Origin: Mytilus edulis
Lineage: Eukaryota
Assembly (NCBI RefSeq): GCF_963676685.1
Contig: NC_092344.1
Span: forward strand, 71,734,001 to 71,798,000
Length of the DNA stretch: 64,000 bases
Reading direction: 5' to 3'
Both the position numbers and the translations under genes were made by a program. The notes beneath the pieces were generated by a model. It did no database searches, was not told the DNA's origin, and saw only the letters and a program-made list of their open reading frames with translations. Positions within the stretch are counted from its first letter, which is position 1; every line of letters starts with the position of its first letter. Of the stretch, positions 35,300 to 48,205 are shown piece by piece.

Positions 35300-36748
35300 A
35301 TAAAATTGAGAATGGAAATGGGGAATGTGTCAAAGAGACAACAACCCAACCAAATAAAAAACAACAGCAGAGGGCCACCAACAGGTCTTCAATGTAGCGA
35401 GAAATTCCCGCACCCGGAGGCGTCCTTCAGCTGGCCCCTAAACAAATATATACTAGTCCAGTGATAATGAACGCCATACTAATTTCCAAATTGTACACAA
35501 GAAACTAAAACCAAAATAATACAAGACTAACAAAGGCCAGAGGCTCCTGACTTGGGACAGGCGCAAAAATGCGGCGGGGCCAAACATGTCTATGAGATCT
35601 CAACCCTCCCCCCCATACCTCCAACCAATGTAGAAAAGCAAACGCATAACAATACGCACACCACTCAGCCCAAGAGAAGTCCGAGCCTGATGTCAGAAGA
35701 TGTAACCAAAGAAAATAAACAAAATGACAATAATACACAAATAACAACAGACTACCAGCAGTCAACCGACATGCCAGCCCCAGACCCCAACCAAACCGAC
35801 CGAAAGATTATGATTTCATCATATGAAAATCAGGCACAATCCTTCCCGTTAGGGGTTTAGTATCATACCATCATAACATATATGAGAAGAACATAACCCG
35901 TGTCATGCCAACAACTGTTTTTTAGAATAAATGTGTTTAGTTCCGATGCAAAGACCTTATCAGTGACTCAATATTAACGCCAAAATATGCAATCTTTAAT
36001 GACTTGACAACAGTATCGTAATTATATCCCTTCTTAATAAGTCTATTCAAAGGTTTTGTAAGTTTCTGAGGTGAATACTGACACCTTTGTGCTTTATAAA
36101 GAATATTTCCATAAAAAATTGGATGTGAAATACCTGAACGTATTAGAAGTCTGCATGTTGAGCTATATTTACGAATGATGTCTTTATACCGATGATAAAA
36201 TTTAGTAAATGTTTTGACTAGTTTGTGATATCGAAAACCCTGGTGTAATAATTTTTCAGTAATACATAAATTTCTCTCGTTAAAATCTAAAACATTGTTA
36301 CATACACGAGCGAATCGTACAAGTTGAGAAATATAAACACCGTAAGATGGTGACAAGGGAACGTCACCATCTAAAAAACGGATAATTAACGATAGGAAAT
36401 GAAAAATCATCCCTTTTATCATAAATTTTAGTATTCAGCTTTCCATTAGTGATATAGATATCAAGATCGAGAAAAGGGCAGTGGTCATTGTTAGTATTAG
36501 CTTTATTTAAAGTAAGTTCAACAGGATAAATTTCATTAATATACATACTAAAGTCGTCATTATTGAGAGCCAAAATATCATCCAAATATCTAAAAGTATT
36601 ATTAAATTTGTTTATCAGATGTTGTTTCGATGGGTCTTTGATTATTTTTGTCATAAATTGTAACTCATAACAATACAAAAACAGGTCCGCAATAAGTGGT
36701 GCACAGTTAGTCCCCATTGGAATTCCGATAATCTGACGATATACGGAA
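35300..36748 (-). mobile_element. Second, 5'-truncated and frameshifted copy of the Naiad-type retroelement
   Basis: ORFs 36364-36717 and 35937-36422 match the C-terminal RT of the copy at 8501-11612; +1 T frameshift near 36375; full 3' UTR with the same terminus. Confidence 0.92.
35806..35898 (-). promoter_or_regulatory. SECIS element of the second retroelement copy
   Basis: Minus strand reads ATGAT ggtatgat act AAA ccc ctaac ggg aagg attgtgcc TGAT; core identical to copy 1 and helix II still pairs despite substitutions. Confidence 0.78.
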
Positions 36749-36858
36749 AAAATAAGTCATGTCAACACAGAAGTGCTGACTACTATCATATTAAAGAATT
36801 GTAGGTGGGCGTACAGTTTAATTATGATTTTATATATATTTGACATTTTTTTTATTTT

Positions 36859-36905
36859 AGCGTCACTGGTGAATCTTTGTAGACCGTGAAACGCGCGTCT
36901 GGCGT
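36859..36905 (+). ncRNA. Degenerate hammerhead motif of the same repeat family
   Basis: agcgtca ctggtga atct ttgt agac cgt GAAA cgcgcg TC tggcgt; stem I and GUC site intact, CUGAnGA box mutated. Confidence 0.5.
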
Positions 36906-36972
36906 ACATATACGAAATTTCAATCCTGGTATCTATGATGAGTTTATTTTTAACCAAAAATGTAGTATTATG

Positions 36973-37060
36973 ATCCCTCGGCGAGATTCGAACTCAAGCT
37001 GACCGACACATACGACAACTGCACTGTGTCCTAGGCAACGCCTAAGACAATATACTCGAT
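36973..37060 (-). mobile_element. tRNA-derived SINE-like head
   Basis: Minus-strand B box gagttcgaatctcgccgaggga, similar to ggttcaaatcccggcgaggga at 51642-51662. Confidence 0.45.
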
Positions 37061-38654
37061 CAACAGAGCTATATAAAACACATCCGTCTTAGACGGTCAG
37101 TCGGAAGATGCTGGGTTAATCTTTGGCTGAAACATGATACATGATCCATCGTTATTTTGGTAAAATCGTTCCTCGTCTGCTAACAGAACACAGTGATATA
37201 TAGTGGTATGGACGGGTACATAAAGTACAGTTAGTTTCTATTACTATTAATAGTACACTTATTGCTTTGATCTTATGTCGAATATAATTACATCAGTGCA
37301 TCTTATACGTAAACAAACCGTGACGTAAACAAACTAATGCATGTAAAAAAGTAAAATATCTCTACTAAATCATTTATGAATTTATGTATTTTTCTCACGT
37401 GAGATGTGCATGTATATAGGCCATGCAATGAACTCCAGTCTGTTCTAAGAATAGAAAATTAGTAAATGTTATACGGTCATACGAAAGAATAACTTAGATA
37501 GAAGAAGAAAATGATGTACAGTCGGCTGTAGTTGACCCATTTTCTTGGCAATGCATACAGGACCCAAACCCTTGTTGTCGTGGTATTTGATATCAAGAAT
37601 TGGCCTGAAAAGTCACAGTAATAGAAGATAAAAAGCATAAGCGAAGAACTATCTCTGGAGTTACTATATGAAGTTCTTGTATTCCAAAGAAAACTAAACA
37701 GGTTACAACGTAAATGATTTTGGCAACACTCGAAACAGTCATGGGAATTCAATCAAAGTATATAGAATCTTTCCAGACACTTTGATGATATCGTTTGCGG
37801 ACAAACATTGATGTCTTTTTGTAAATCTAACAATTGAAATGTGACAAAGAGGGACATGAACTATAAATCCAATTTACTTAACCACAGAACGATACACTGA
37901 TGATTCCGGTGTGTTGAAATGCTCATCCTTTGCTCATGTTGCTATATAGTATAGATAAAATAAACATTCAATGACGGATCTTCATCAGAACACACAAACA
38001 ATTACGTACATAATTTATCTGTTTTTCATCTCCTTTCTTGAAATGATAGTTAATTTAAAAACCACGGTAATCGGCAGAGTTGTAGTCATTGGTACTACGA
38101 TATGTATTATCAATATGTTTGTAAGGTACTTCACATTCTCGTTTGAATTGTCCGACACGTTTACATTTGTGATTTTGGGGGCTTCATTGTTGAAGGCCGT
38201 ACGGTGACCTATAACTGTTTATTTCTGTGTCATATGGTCTCCATTGGAGAGTTGTCTCATTGACAATCATACCACATCTTTTTTTTTATATCAAGATACT
38301 TCATTTTAACCTCAGAATCTAAGTCCTTAAGTTTAAGTTTACATTTACACATGTTAGTTCTTACATATACACTATCACACCTAGTAACTATAGGCAATGA
38401 TCATGCTTTCGGGTTGAAAATAAAACCGTTTGTCTGACGACTGACGACTGAATTAAAGGTTGTTTGAAAATATGTGCTAGTGGCGGGAATATGTTTATAA
38501 CTAACATAGTTATATACGTCCTTGATTAAAATTTGATGTGAATATCCTAAAACAGTGCACTTCACTTGTTCCCGATTTCTACGGTTACTAGTACTGCTTT
38601 TGGCATATTAACAAATATGCAAGCCACTAGCAACAGACATATAATTATTATAAA

Positions 38655-38815
38655 GGAATGATGTAAACAAAGCCATGTGACTGAGTCACGTGTATTTGTT
38701 GATATATATATTTTAACCAATCAAAATTTTTCTAATTTTACAAACACCAATCAAACAGAGTTATAATCTTCAGTGCCGAAACATTTTATCTACTTCCTGC
38801 AAAATATAAACAATT
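38655..38815 (+). promoter_or_regulatory. Proximal promoter of the FBXO25/32 gene: forkhead, AP-1, E-box and CCAAT motifs
   Basis: GTAAACA 38663-38669, TGAGTCA 38682-38688 overlapping CACGTG, two CCAAT boxes (38717, 38747) and ATAAACA near 38806, all within about 200 bp of the ATG. Confidence 0.5.
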
Positions 38816-38863
38816 ACGCACAAACCAAAACAAAGGAAAGTGAAAAGTGAAAATTGTTAAAAC

Positions 38864-41800
38864 ATGCCGTTTCTTGGACAAGACTGGCGATCACCAGGGG
38901 ATCAGTGGGTTAGAACAAAAGAAGGATGGGAAAGACTTAAGTTATGGAGGATAAAAGTGTTTGAAAATTTAAACGAAAGCATCCTTGCAAGGTAAGTAGC
39001 TAAATATCGATCAGCTGATTTTCTTGTAATATTTCCGCACGTTTAACTTTAGAACCTCTTAGTCATGACATTAGATTTACGTGTCAAAACAATATCACGA
39101 TACCGTTAAAAAATCATTGCAGTAATAAATAATGTAAAAATATGCAATATTGCATTTCAAAAAATAGTTATGCTAATTTATTCCAAAGATTGACAATTAA
39201 TATTAATCGAAAATATTGTATATAAAGGCACAAAGAATAACCCCATTTCTTGTCATAAAAGTATGTCATTCTTAAGAGTGGTCTAATAAAACAAAGACTC
39301 CAATTTTTCATTTGTCTAATCATTTTTTATAAACCCAGTATACTAGTTTTCGGCCTATGGAATGCAACAAACAGGCCTGTACGGCTACTTGGCTATCTCC
39401 ATGGTTTCCACGGCGGATACACATATGAATATTTATAGAATAGTTGCGAAACAAGAGGAAGGAAGATGCAATATGATTCCCCTCATCCTAAAATTTAGAG
39501 GTGGCCAGTTTGCAAAAAATCTGCTCTTAAATTGTTTCCGGCAAGCAAACCTATAGTTCAGTAAGCCCGGGAAAAGTTAAGCGGAGATAAGGAAAAATTA
39601 TATAAGTCTTATGATTTGCACAACGGATATACAAGTATATATATAAATTGCCTAACAATGTTATTTTAATATTAAGCATGTAAATATAAAAATGTTAAAC
39701 AGATTTAAAATGCATTAAAAATAAATGCAAAGCATACATGTACATCGATAGACAAACTTGCTAGCTACCAGCTATAATTATATAGGCTTCATCGAGCGTG
39801 CATCTTATCAGGTGCAATCGGATGATGACGATAAGAAACTTTTGCATGTCATTGTATATACTTTTTCTGCCTAATATATAAATTGGATGAATTTCAAAAT
39901 CATTTATTTTTATTCAAATTATGTGAAATCTGTTGTTGAAGTTAGGGACGTTAATTTGCAACGTCCATTGGCGTTTATTAATAAAGAGATACATGTGCTT
40001 TATTGTTCTTTGTCTTTCCTGTATTTTTTTCTTTTCCATTTAAACCATCAGAAAAACCCAAAAGTTTTTTCTTTTCCTTCTCGCCTTAGGTGTCCACTCA
40101 GTATTCACTTCTATAATTTGAAGAGTAACATAATTTTTACATAATCAAAAGGATGTGTCTTAGAGTGGCGACTGAGATGTCTTGTGAGGGGACAAAAATT
40201 GTTGGTTGTGTACCATGATCGATGGTTATTTAACCGAATATAATTTGTCCATTGTTTCTCCCACGTACGAACAGAATGCAACAGGTGATATATAAATTGA
40301 GCTCTAGATCTCCGTTCAAGTTACAGATAGTTTTATATAAATATTTGTATTGACCCTTGAATTTTCTGAATTGTTATGAAAGTACATGCATCTCGACAAA
40401 CTTCGTTTTCCTGTTTACTAGTGAAAAAGTGTTATTGCTTCCTCTATTTACGAAACTTACAATCTTTTTGTCTTCTAGTCCTTCGATATCTCCCCTAAAT
40501 AAAGAGGATAAATTTGTCCTCTCTACGGGATAACTTGGGTATATTAAACTAAAGTGACTACTCTCAAAACTGTGTCAGACTTTATGTTTCAAAACCCGAC
40601 GTACCTGCCCAGCTGCAAATGCATGGCAAGATGTATACTTATGAGATCCAATTTACGACTAACACTGGCAAAATGTATATATTTATGAGATCGAATTTAC
40701 GACTATCACTGGCGAGATGTATATTAAAGAGATTCAATTTATTGTGTTTCTGAATCCCTCTTCCGATACAACATATAATATTACTGGCATCCAAAAAAAA
40801 AGAAGTAACGTTATAATTTACCAGTCAGACTCCTTGATAAGGACCACAGTCACACTTGTCTCAAATTCCCCCCGTATATACCTTAATATGAGTTATATAG
40901 GTTAATTTTTTTTTTACAAAGAAACTATAGTGTTTATTTTTTTTTACCTTAAACCCTACTCAAAAAGGAACTCATGTCTATTACAGGTTAATCCGATTAG
41001 CTGTATTAAATTTTGAAGGCGAGAATGGCAATGACCAGTACACACACCAACCAAGGATTCATTTCATCAAAACTTTGTCAAGAGAGGTAAGAATAACTTT
41101 AGACTGTCTTGGAGCGGTAAGTATACTCGGTCATACGCGAAAACGGATGATCGGAAATTGTAAAAGTAAGAGAAAATAATTTGATTTTCTAGTGATCCAT
41201 GGTATTATCGTTTGTTCTCTTTCACGCGAAAACGGAATCAGAAATTGTAAAAGTAAGAGAAAAGAATTTGACTATTTAGTGACCCATGGTAATATCGTTT
41301 GTTCTCTTTCACACGAAAACAGATGATCAGAAAATGTAAAATTAAGAAGAGAATTTGACTAGTAAGTGACCCATGGTAATATCGTTTGATCTCTTTCACA
41401 CGAAAACGGAATTAAGAAGAGAATTTGACTAGTAAGTGACCCATGGTAATATCGTTTGATCTCTTTCACACGAAAACGGAATCGGAAATTGCAAAAATAA
41501 GAGATATTAATTTGACTTTTTGATAGTGATCCATGGTAATACCGTTTGTTCACGGAATCGAAAATTGTAAAAGTAAGCGAAAAGAATTTGACTATCTAGT
41601 GATCCATGGTAATATCGTTTGTTCTCTTTCAGCGTAAAGTGGTGACAACATTGAGCGAATCTTTCATCCTTCTGGATATGACAGGTGCTGTGAAAGATAT
41701 CAGAAGATTTAATTATGTCAAGAAGGTAAGATACAAGTTAACAGGAAAAGGTGTTACAGATCCGTATACTTTCTATCAGAGACATATTATACCGGTACAT

Positions 41801-44800
41801 GTAGTATTACTATTATATGACTCTGTTTCTATGTTTGTTCATCCCAGAGAGCCATTTCTGCTTCTTCTAGTTCTCAGTAATTTCAGAAACGATGTTTGCA
41901 CAAAAACGAGTTACGACCATGTGGTTTTACCGGGTAATCTTGCGACTTGACGTCTAGTTAAAAAGGACCTATGCCCTTAAAAAATCATATACATGTAACT
42001 TTAGACATGGACTTGCTATACTAACACTTAGTATAGAAAGTCCCTGCTTTAGAACTGAAAATTTTGCTGAAAGGAGTCCTGGCGACATGTACATGAGGCA
42101 ATTTTTAATGGTGACAATGTGACCTAATGGGATCATACACTACTGGAACCTTGTCCAATACGCGGTCAACCTGTCAGTGTTACCAATGCAACAATCTTAT
42201 TGAAATACATATGAGATGCAGTGGCGGATCTAGAAATTTTCATAAGTGGGGGCCCATTGGCTGCCTACAAGGGGGCCCGATCTCGTCACGCTTCAGTGAT
42301 TCCCTATATAAGCAACCAATTTTTTTTCTCAAAAGGGGGGTCCTGCCCCCCCCCCCCCTACATCCTCCTCTGAGATGTACGTGATGGTGCCGATTCTGTG
42401 GTTGATTGATTGGTGTTCTGAGATTGACTTGAGTTGACCAAACCTTAGCATAAAGTTACGGAAATGACCATCGTGGTGCCTACCAACATACAAAGGGAAC
42501 AAAAGTTAATATTTTAGTTAACTTTATATTTCAACAGGTATATTTTAGTATGGTTAGAAAAATTAAGAATCGTATCAGAGTTGGTAAATTCAAAAAAGGT
42601 TGTGCTAATTGTGTGCAGGGATATATTAAAGTCCCTGTTGTGTGTGGCACAAAAAATCTAAAAAATTGAATATTCACTTATTCAGTGCAAACTATGAAAA
42701 ATAGAACAATATTCAAATCTAGTACCCAAGTGCCTATAATGGATGATGTAGTCATGTATATATACTATAACTATAAGTTTCGTTTTTTTTTGCAGATACT
42801 ACATGTATTGTTGAGTAATAGTTTAGTGAACATGTCAGGAACTTCACAGAAATATATCTTCAGTATATTAGACGAAATGGTAAACCAAGGTAAAGATTAC
42901 TTTAAAAAATGGACATTTTGTAGTCTTTCCCAATTTAGAAGAAAATTAGTCTGAGGATTGTACAGTTAGTTAATGGTATTTGACATAAAGGGCACAGGCG
43001 CGGATCCAGCCATTTAAAAAAGGGGGGGTTCCCAACCCAGAGTAAAGGGGGGGGGTTCCAACTATATGCTCCCATTCAAATGCCAAAAAAGGGGGGGGGG
43101 GGGTTTCCAACCCCCAGAACCTCCCCCCCTCTGGATCCGCCACTGGAGCATATCATCTGGCTGTGATCATGACCTTCACTTTTGACCTCATTTTATTAAA
43201 CATTTTTTACCTGAAACAAAACTTTTATATCCTATGAAATCGGCTTTGATATATGACGCAATGGAAGCATTGCATACCAAGGAAGATGACCTTAGACCTT
43301 CAAGGTAAAAAAAAGATTTTTAACTGGATTTTCAAAGGGGAGGGAAAAAAATCGGTTATTGATATGGGGATGTACTACAGACGGGGCACTTGCTGGCTTG
43401 CAACTGCTTAACACTGCTCCTTCAATAACATGAAAACGTTTTGACAATTTTTTTTCAAATTAAGATTGAATATGTTTTTTCCATTGACAAAATGAAGGCC
43501 AAGTACAATTTCATACTTTAAAAAAGCTTTTTTTTCGTTGCGTTTTAGACCCTTACAGTAGCCATACTTATTAGGCACTGGCTACGGTTACATGGAAATG
43601 TAACAATAATAAAAATATTATTGTTACATTGGAGACTAATTGCCGGAATGCAAAGTTGGGTGAGGAACCGATTAATTACAAATGTAACAATAATTACTGA
43701 GGCTACGGTTACATTATGTTATTGTTACATGAAAAACAGCAATGTACGCTAGATTGATTAAACTTAAATATTTTATAGTTGTATTGCTTCATTCTTTCAT
43801 ATGTACTAAACAATACTTGTAATTTAATACTGATAAATAATAAAATATTATTATTCAACAAATGGTGTACAACTTGAATAGTTTTACTACGTATTAATGG
43901 TTTTGATGTTCTTAAAGATACTACTCAAGATTAGGAGTGTGACTGTCAAAGGCGAAAAAGATAGTTCAATGGTTTCACTTTTTAAAAGTATTTAACTGCA
44001 CACCCACTCTTATTACTGCCATTATACTTTGGACCAATTTTGTTTATGGTGAAAAAAAAAATAATCTTGGGATGCCTTTTAAACGAAACTGAAACAATAT
44101 CAAGACATACATTTCATACAGCTTTATAACTTGACGCAAATTGATAATCAAAAGCAAAGTTTGCTAACTGTTACTTAAATACTAAGAAATTATGTATGTA
44201 CGTATACACATATCCTTGGAGGACGTAATTTCGTTCATCAAAAATGTGTCGGACTTTAAAAACAACTTACTGGATTTGTAGAAATTGTCATTGTAAATAA
44301 AAAATTACAGTAAATAAATTGTATGTTATAAATGTATGTAATAAATGTCCTCAACTTTTATTATTTCGTACATATATATTACTAGTCCCATCGTACATTG
44401 CTTTTTTTCATGTAACAATAAGGCAATGTAACCGTAGCCTCAATAATTATTGTTACATTCGTAATTAAACAGGTCCTTACCCAACCATGCATTCCGGCAT
44501 TTAGTCTCCAATGTAACAATTATATTTTTATTATTGTTACATTTCCATGTAAGCGTAGCCAGTGCCTACTTATAATGTGATTGAGTTATTTCCCTTGAAC
44601 TGAAATTAATAAGTTATGTAAAGATAGTCTATCAATGATTGTATGATCTATCTGTTCAATTTATAAGCCAGGAGTTTTCATAAATTTCTGGAATGTGTGT
44701 GTTGGGCCTTTTCTGTACTTAAATGACTTTTATAGATGAAGATGATTTTAGTAAACTGAAACAGTTCTACATGCAATGCAGCTCATATCTTAATTGTTAA

Positions 44801-47044
44801 TCATTATAAATTTGTTCTAACAAATAAACCTGTTTCATGTTTATATTATGAAGATGTCCTGTCCCACAAAGAAGTGAGAAATTCTCCATTGGAGTGCCTT
44901 ATGTCTGACTAAACACTTCCTTGTAAATTTTAGTTGTAAAGACCAAGAACAACATGAAAGCCATGACAGATTTACTGGATTGTGCCACAAATTCTCTCAA
45001 TGATGGTAGATACAGTCATATTGGATGTACAACCTTGTGGAACAAACATTTCCAAGCAGTTCAAAAAATGAAAAACAAATTGAATGGTTGCAAAACTTTC
45101 ACGGTAAGGATACAAGAAAGACGTGAAGTAGTCTCAGAAATTAAATAATTATTAGGATTAACAAATCAGTATTACTTCATTGAAGTCACATGGGTAGATA
45201 CAACTACTTTTGAAAAAAAGGGGGGTGATAATTTGGTCCTTGAGGTTTTTTATATGAGAAAAATGGAATTTATTCTATTCTAATTCTGCATAACCTTTCA
45301 ATAACATTCTAGAGACCTCTCCCTTTTTCATATCAATATATATCAAGTAATACAAAAGACATTATTACTTACAAATACAAATACTGAATAAATATTCTAG
45401 GGCACTTTTTCCTAGATAATTTTGGTAAAATATAAGCCCTAAAAAATCTACATAAGTCATTATTGATTGATTTGAAGCAGTCACATATTCATTTTTACTT
45501 TTATATTTTCAAGAGAAAGGAAGATGGTAAACCTACAATATCTGATTTACCAGAAGACTGTATTAGATGTATCTTAGAAAGATTGGCCGACCATAAAGAT
45601 GTAGTCCACACTGGCATGACAAAGTCAAGCATCTTTCACATCACAGAATCACAGCTGATATGGAAACACATGAGTTTATTTCATTTCACCGACAGACAGT
45701 TACTTACCTTCGTACCAGATCAACTTGGTGTTGACGAAGACTTTATAAATTGGAAACATATCTACAGAAAATGCTTCTTGTAGGTTATTTTTAGTAGAAG
45801 GGGAAAAGTGTTGGAATGCTGAGATTAATACGAGAAAAAAACATCGATCAGATTACATCTAGTTTGGGATATGGGGTAGTGAATGAGATAATTTTTTGGG
45901 TTAAATGTAAAAAAAAAATATTTTTACCTCTTCAGACAAGGTGTGAATAGATTTAGAGAATAGAGTAGACCATATATATTGAACCAGTGTTTAAGTTTAA
46001 ATAGACGATCAAGTAAATAAAAACTAACACTAAGGAAATTCTTCTTGTATCATTTAAAGGTAAAAAAACTGACAACCTATTTAAAATACAGGTCCTATTA
46101 CATCAACAAACATGACTACATTTGTTAAAATTGTAGATGCTTGCTTTTGCAAAGTAAATAACATTATACTTAAAGGGATAGAATCAATCTAATCAGATAA
46201 TATGGTAAACTTATCAAGACATTTTTCCTTTTATAAGGGGGTCTCATTTCTCATTTGGGGTATTGTGATCCAGGACCTGACTTATTTTTTGTAAGAATCC
46301 TATCCAGCTTATTGATCATTGCAATAATAGTGCTTGTAATTTCATGTGTCGTGCCAGGCTCCGTTTCCCATTTTTGTAAAAAATAATTTGACTTTCACAT
46401 GTCAGGCTTACAAAAAATTTCCCAATCCCATGTCACCCTGAGACCCCTAAATGAAACCCACTTTCAACACATTATGAACAGATAATTTAAAAGTATAAAA
46501 AATACTGGTGATGGCGTCAATTATTAAAGTTTGTAACAAGGTTACATAGCTATATATATATAGGCAAGCATATAGGTGACATATATCTTTCTGTTTACAG
46601 TTTAATAATGTTGTCATACTGGTTCTCATACTGTATTTTTTTTTTTAATAATTAAGGAGATATGGAAGAAAAGAAATCTATGCAGACACATTGGCAATAT
46701 GTTTACATTGTGACAACATCTTTTGGAAGGTAAAATATATAAATGATACTTTTATTGACAAATTTTTACTATCAGTCTAAAATATTGTATTAATTTGTAT
46801 TCTTACAATGTCTTAGCAAAGATATAGATTTTGTTTATTTTAGATAAGCACATGATACCTGTGCTCATTTATAATGTCATAAAACATTGTATAAATCAGA
46901 AATGATGCAATGCAAACAAAAAAGAAAACCTCTAACAATGATTTTTTTTATATTTAGTCAATTGGTCATCCCTGTATCAGTGAACAAGAGCCAGCTGCCA
47001 GAATCCTCCAGCCAGAGGCTTTTCTAAAACTGTTCCATTTCTGA
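38864..47044 (+). CDS. FBXO32: F-box only protein 25/32 (atrogin-1/MAFbx family), 336 aa; exons 38864-38991, 40987-41086, 41633-41725, 42796-42889, 44934-45103, 45514-45779, 46657-46729, 46958-47044
   Basis: Diagnostic N-terminus [39 protein letters not shown]-box [18 protein letters not shown]-terminal [16 protein letters not shown]...FLKLFHF; phases consistent. Probably co-orthologous to vertebrate FBXO25 and FBXO32. Confidence 0.92.
41138..41632. repeat. 70-90-bp tandem repeat x6 filling the second FBXO intron
   Basis: ccatggtaatatcgtttgttctctttca-like core at 41197, 41284, 41371, 41441, 41531 and 41604. Confidence 0.88.
42995..43145. mobile_element. GC-rich palindromic MITE (CAG...GCGGATCCAG termini)
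   Basis: caggcgcggatccag / ctggatccgccactg ends with poly-G/poly-C interior; related pieces at about 7130-7199, 32188-32250 and 42219-42372. Confidence 0.65.
43572..44568. mobile_element. Non-autonomous DNA transposon with ~165-bp TIRs and 5-bp TSD
   Basis: Termini taggcactggctacg.ttacatggaaatgtaacaata / inverse; cttat at 43567-43571 and 44569-44573. Confidence 0.85.
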
Positions 47045-47246
47045 ATCTCCATGGAAACAACAGATCTCAGCGCAAGGATAATCATACTATCAGATCTGAT
47101 ATTATTTACATATACATGTAGCAATAAACATTTATTGGAATATGAGTGTTCATCCAGAAAAATCAATAAATATGTGATACAAAAATGGCAGGACAAATCA
47201 AAGCAAATGAAACTGCCAGAACTTGACAATTTGTTATTTCTGAATC

Positions 47247-47553
47247 TAATGCTGAGTTCACACGTAATTCGTATTTGATTTGCATTAACTAATTCAAATT
47301 AGTTTAATTCGCATTCGAAACGTTTTACATCCTAACGTCAATTCTAATTGGAATTGCAATGCGCGTCAAATCGCTTCACTGTCCAAACCACGTTAACGTT
47401 TAATTCGTATTCACAAAAGCGTATTTCTAATGCGAATTGGATAATTCGAATCAATTCGAATTAAAAAAGAAGAGTGTGAACGCGATTAGCGAATTCGGTT
47501 CGCATTCGATTCAAATTCAATTCGAATTAAATGTCTGTGTGAACGAGGCATTA
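47247..47553. mobile_element. MITE in the FBXO 3' UTR/flank
   Basis: Imperfect TIRs taatgctgagttcacac / gtgtgaacgaggcatta; interior made of (aattcg/cgaatt) subrepeats. Confidence 0.65.
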
Positions 47554-48169
47554 AAGGTCATATTTTCAAGGGCATCAGAATATTGCTGTGATTGGTTATA
47601 ATTAACCAATGAACATTCAGCAAATGCAATGGCATACTGTTTCTTTCCTTTTAGCTTAACAAAAACAAAATACAAATGGCTAGTCAAATTCTGAAATCCA
47701 ATGGATTCTTTTATATAACAGAAATATGTTATCCTTTCTTGTTTGTTTGTGTGTGTGTGGTTTTTTTTTTTTTTATTGTTGACAGTGTTGTTTGTCTAAT
47801 GTACTATTTTGGTCCAACTTGGCAAGAGTTTTTTTTTTTACCTGATGTATATAATTTGGTAAGATATTTTTATAAAAGATGTGATGAATGCTTGCCAATT
47901 TCTCAACATTCTGTGATATACCACTTTTACCACTTAGTTACTGTTGTTATGGTGATATGCTACCATTTTACCACAAATTATTGTTGTCAAGATATATTTG
48001 TTAATCATCTAGTCTATACTAACTAGTTAGACAGTCTTTCAATATTGTCCCATTTTAAATTCTAATTAGTTTGTAGTACATGTTTTTATTCCAAACTTTT
48101 CTTATTTAGTTTTGCCTAAAACTTTTCATGTTCTGTCAAAATTAGATATTATCAAGTAACATTTCAGAT

Positions 48170-48205
48170 CAGAGACATATAATACAATTGTATTATATGT
48201 CTCTG
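48170..48205. mobile_element. 36-bp perfect palindrome with 7-bp TSD (minimal TIR-only transposon)
   Basis: cagagacatataatacaa|ttgtattatatgtctctg flanked by ttcagat at 48163-48169 and 48206-48212. Confidence 0.75.
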
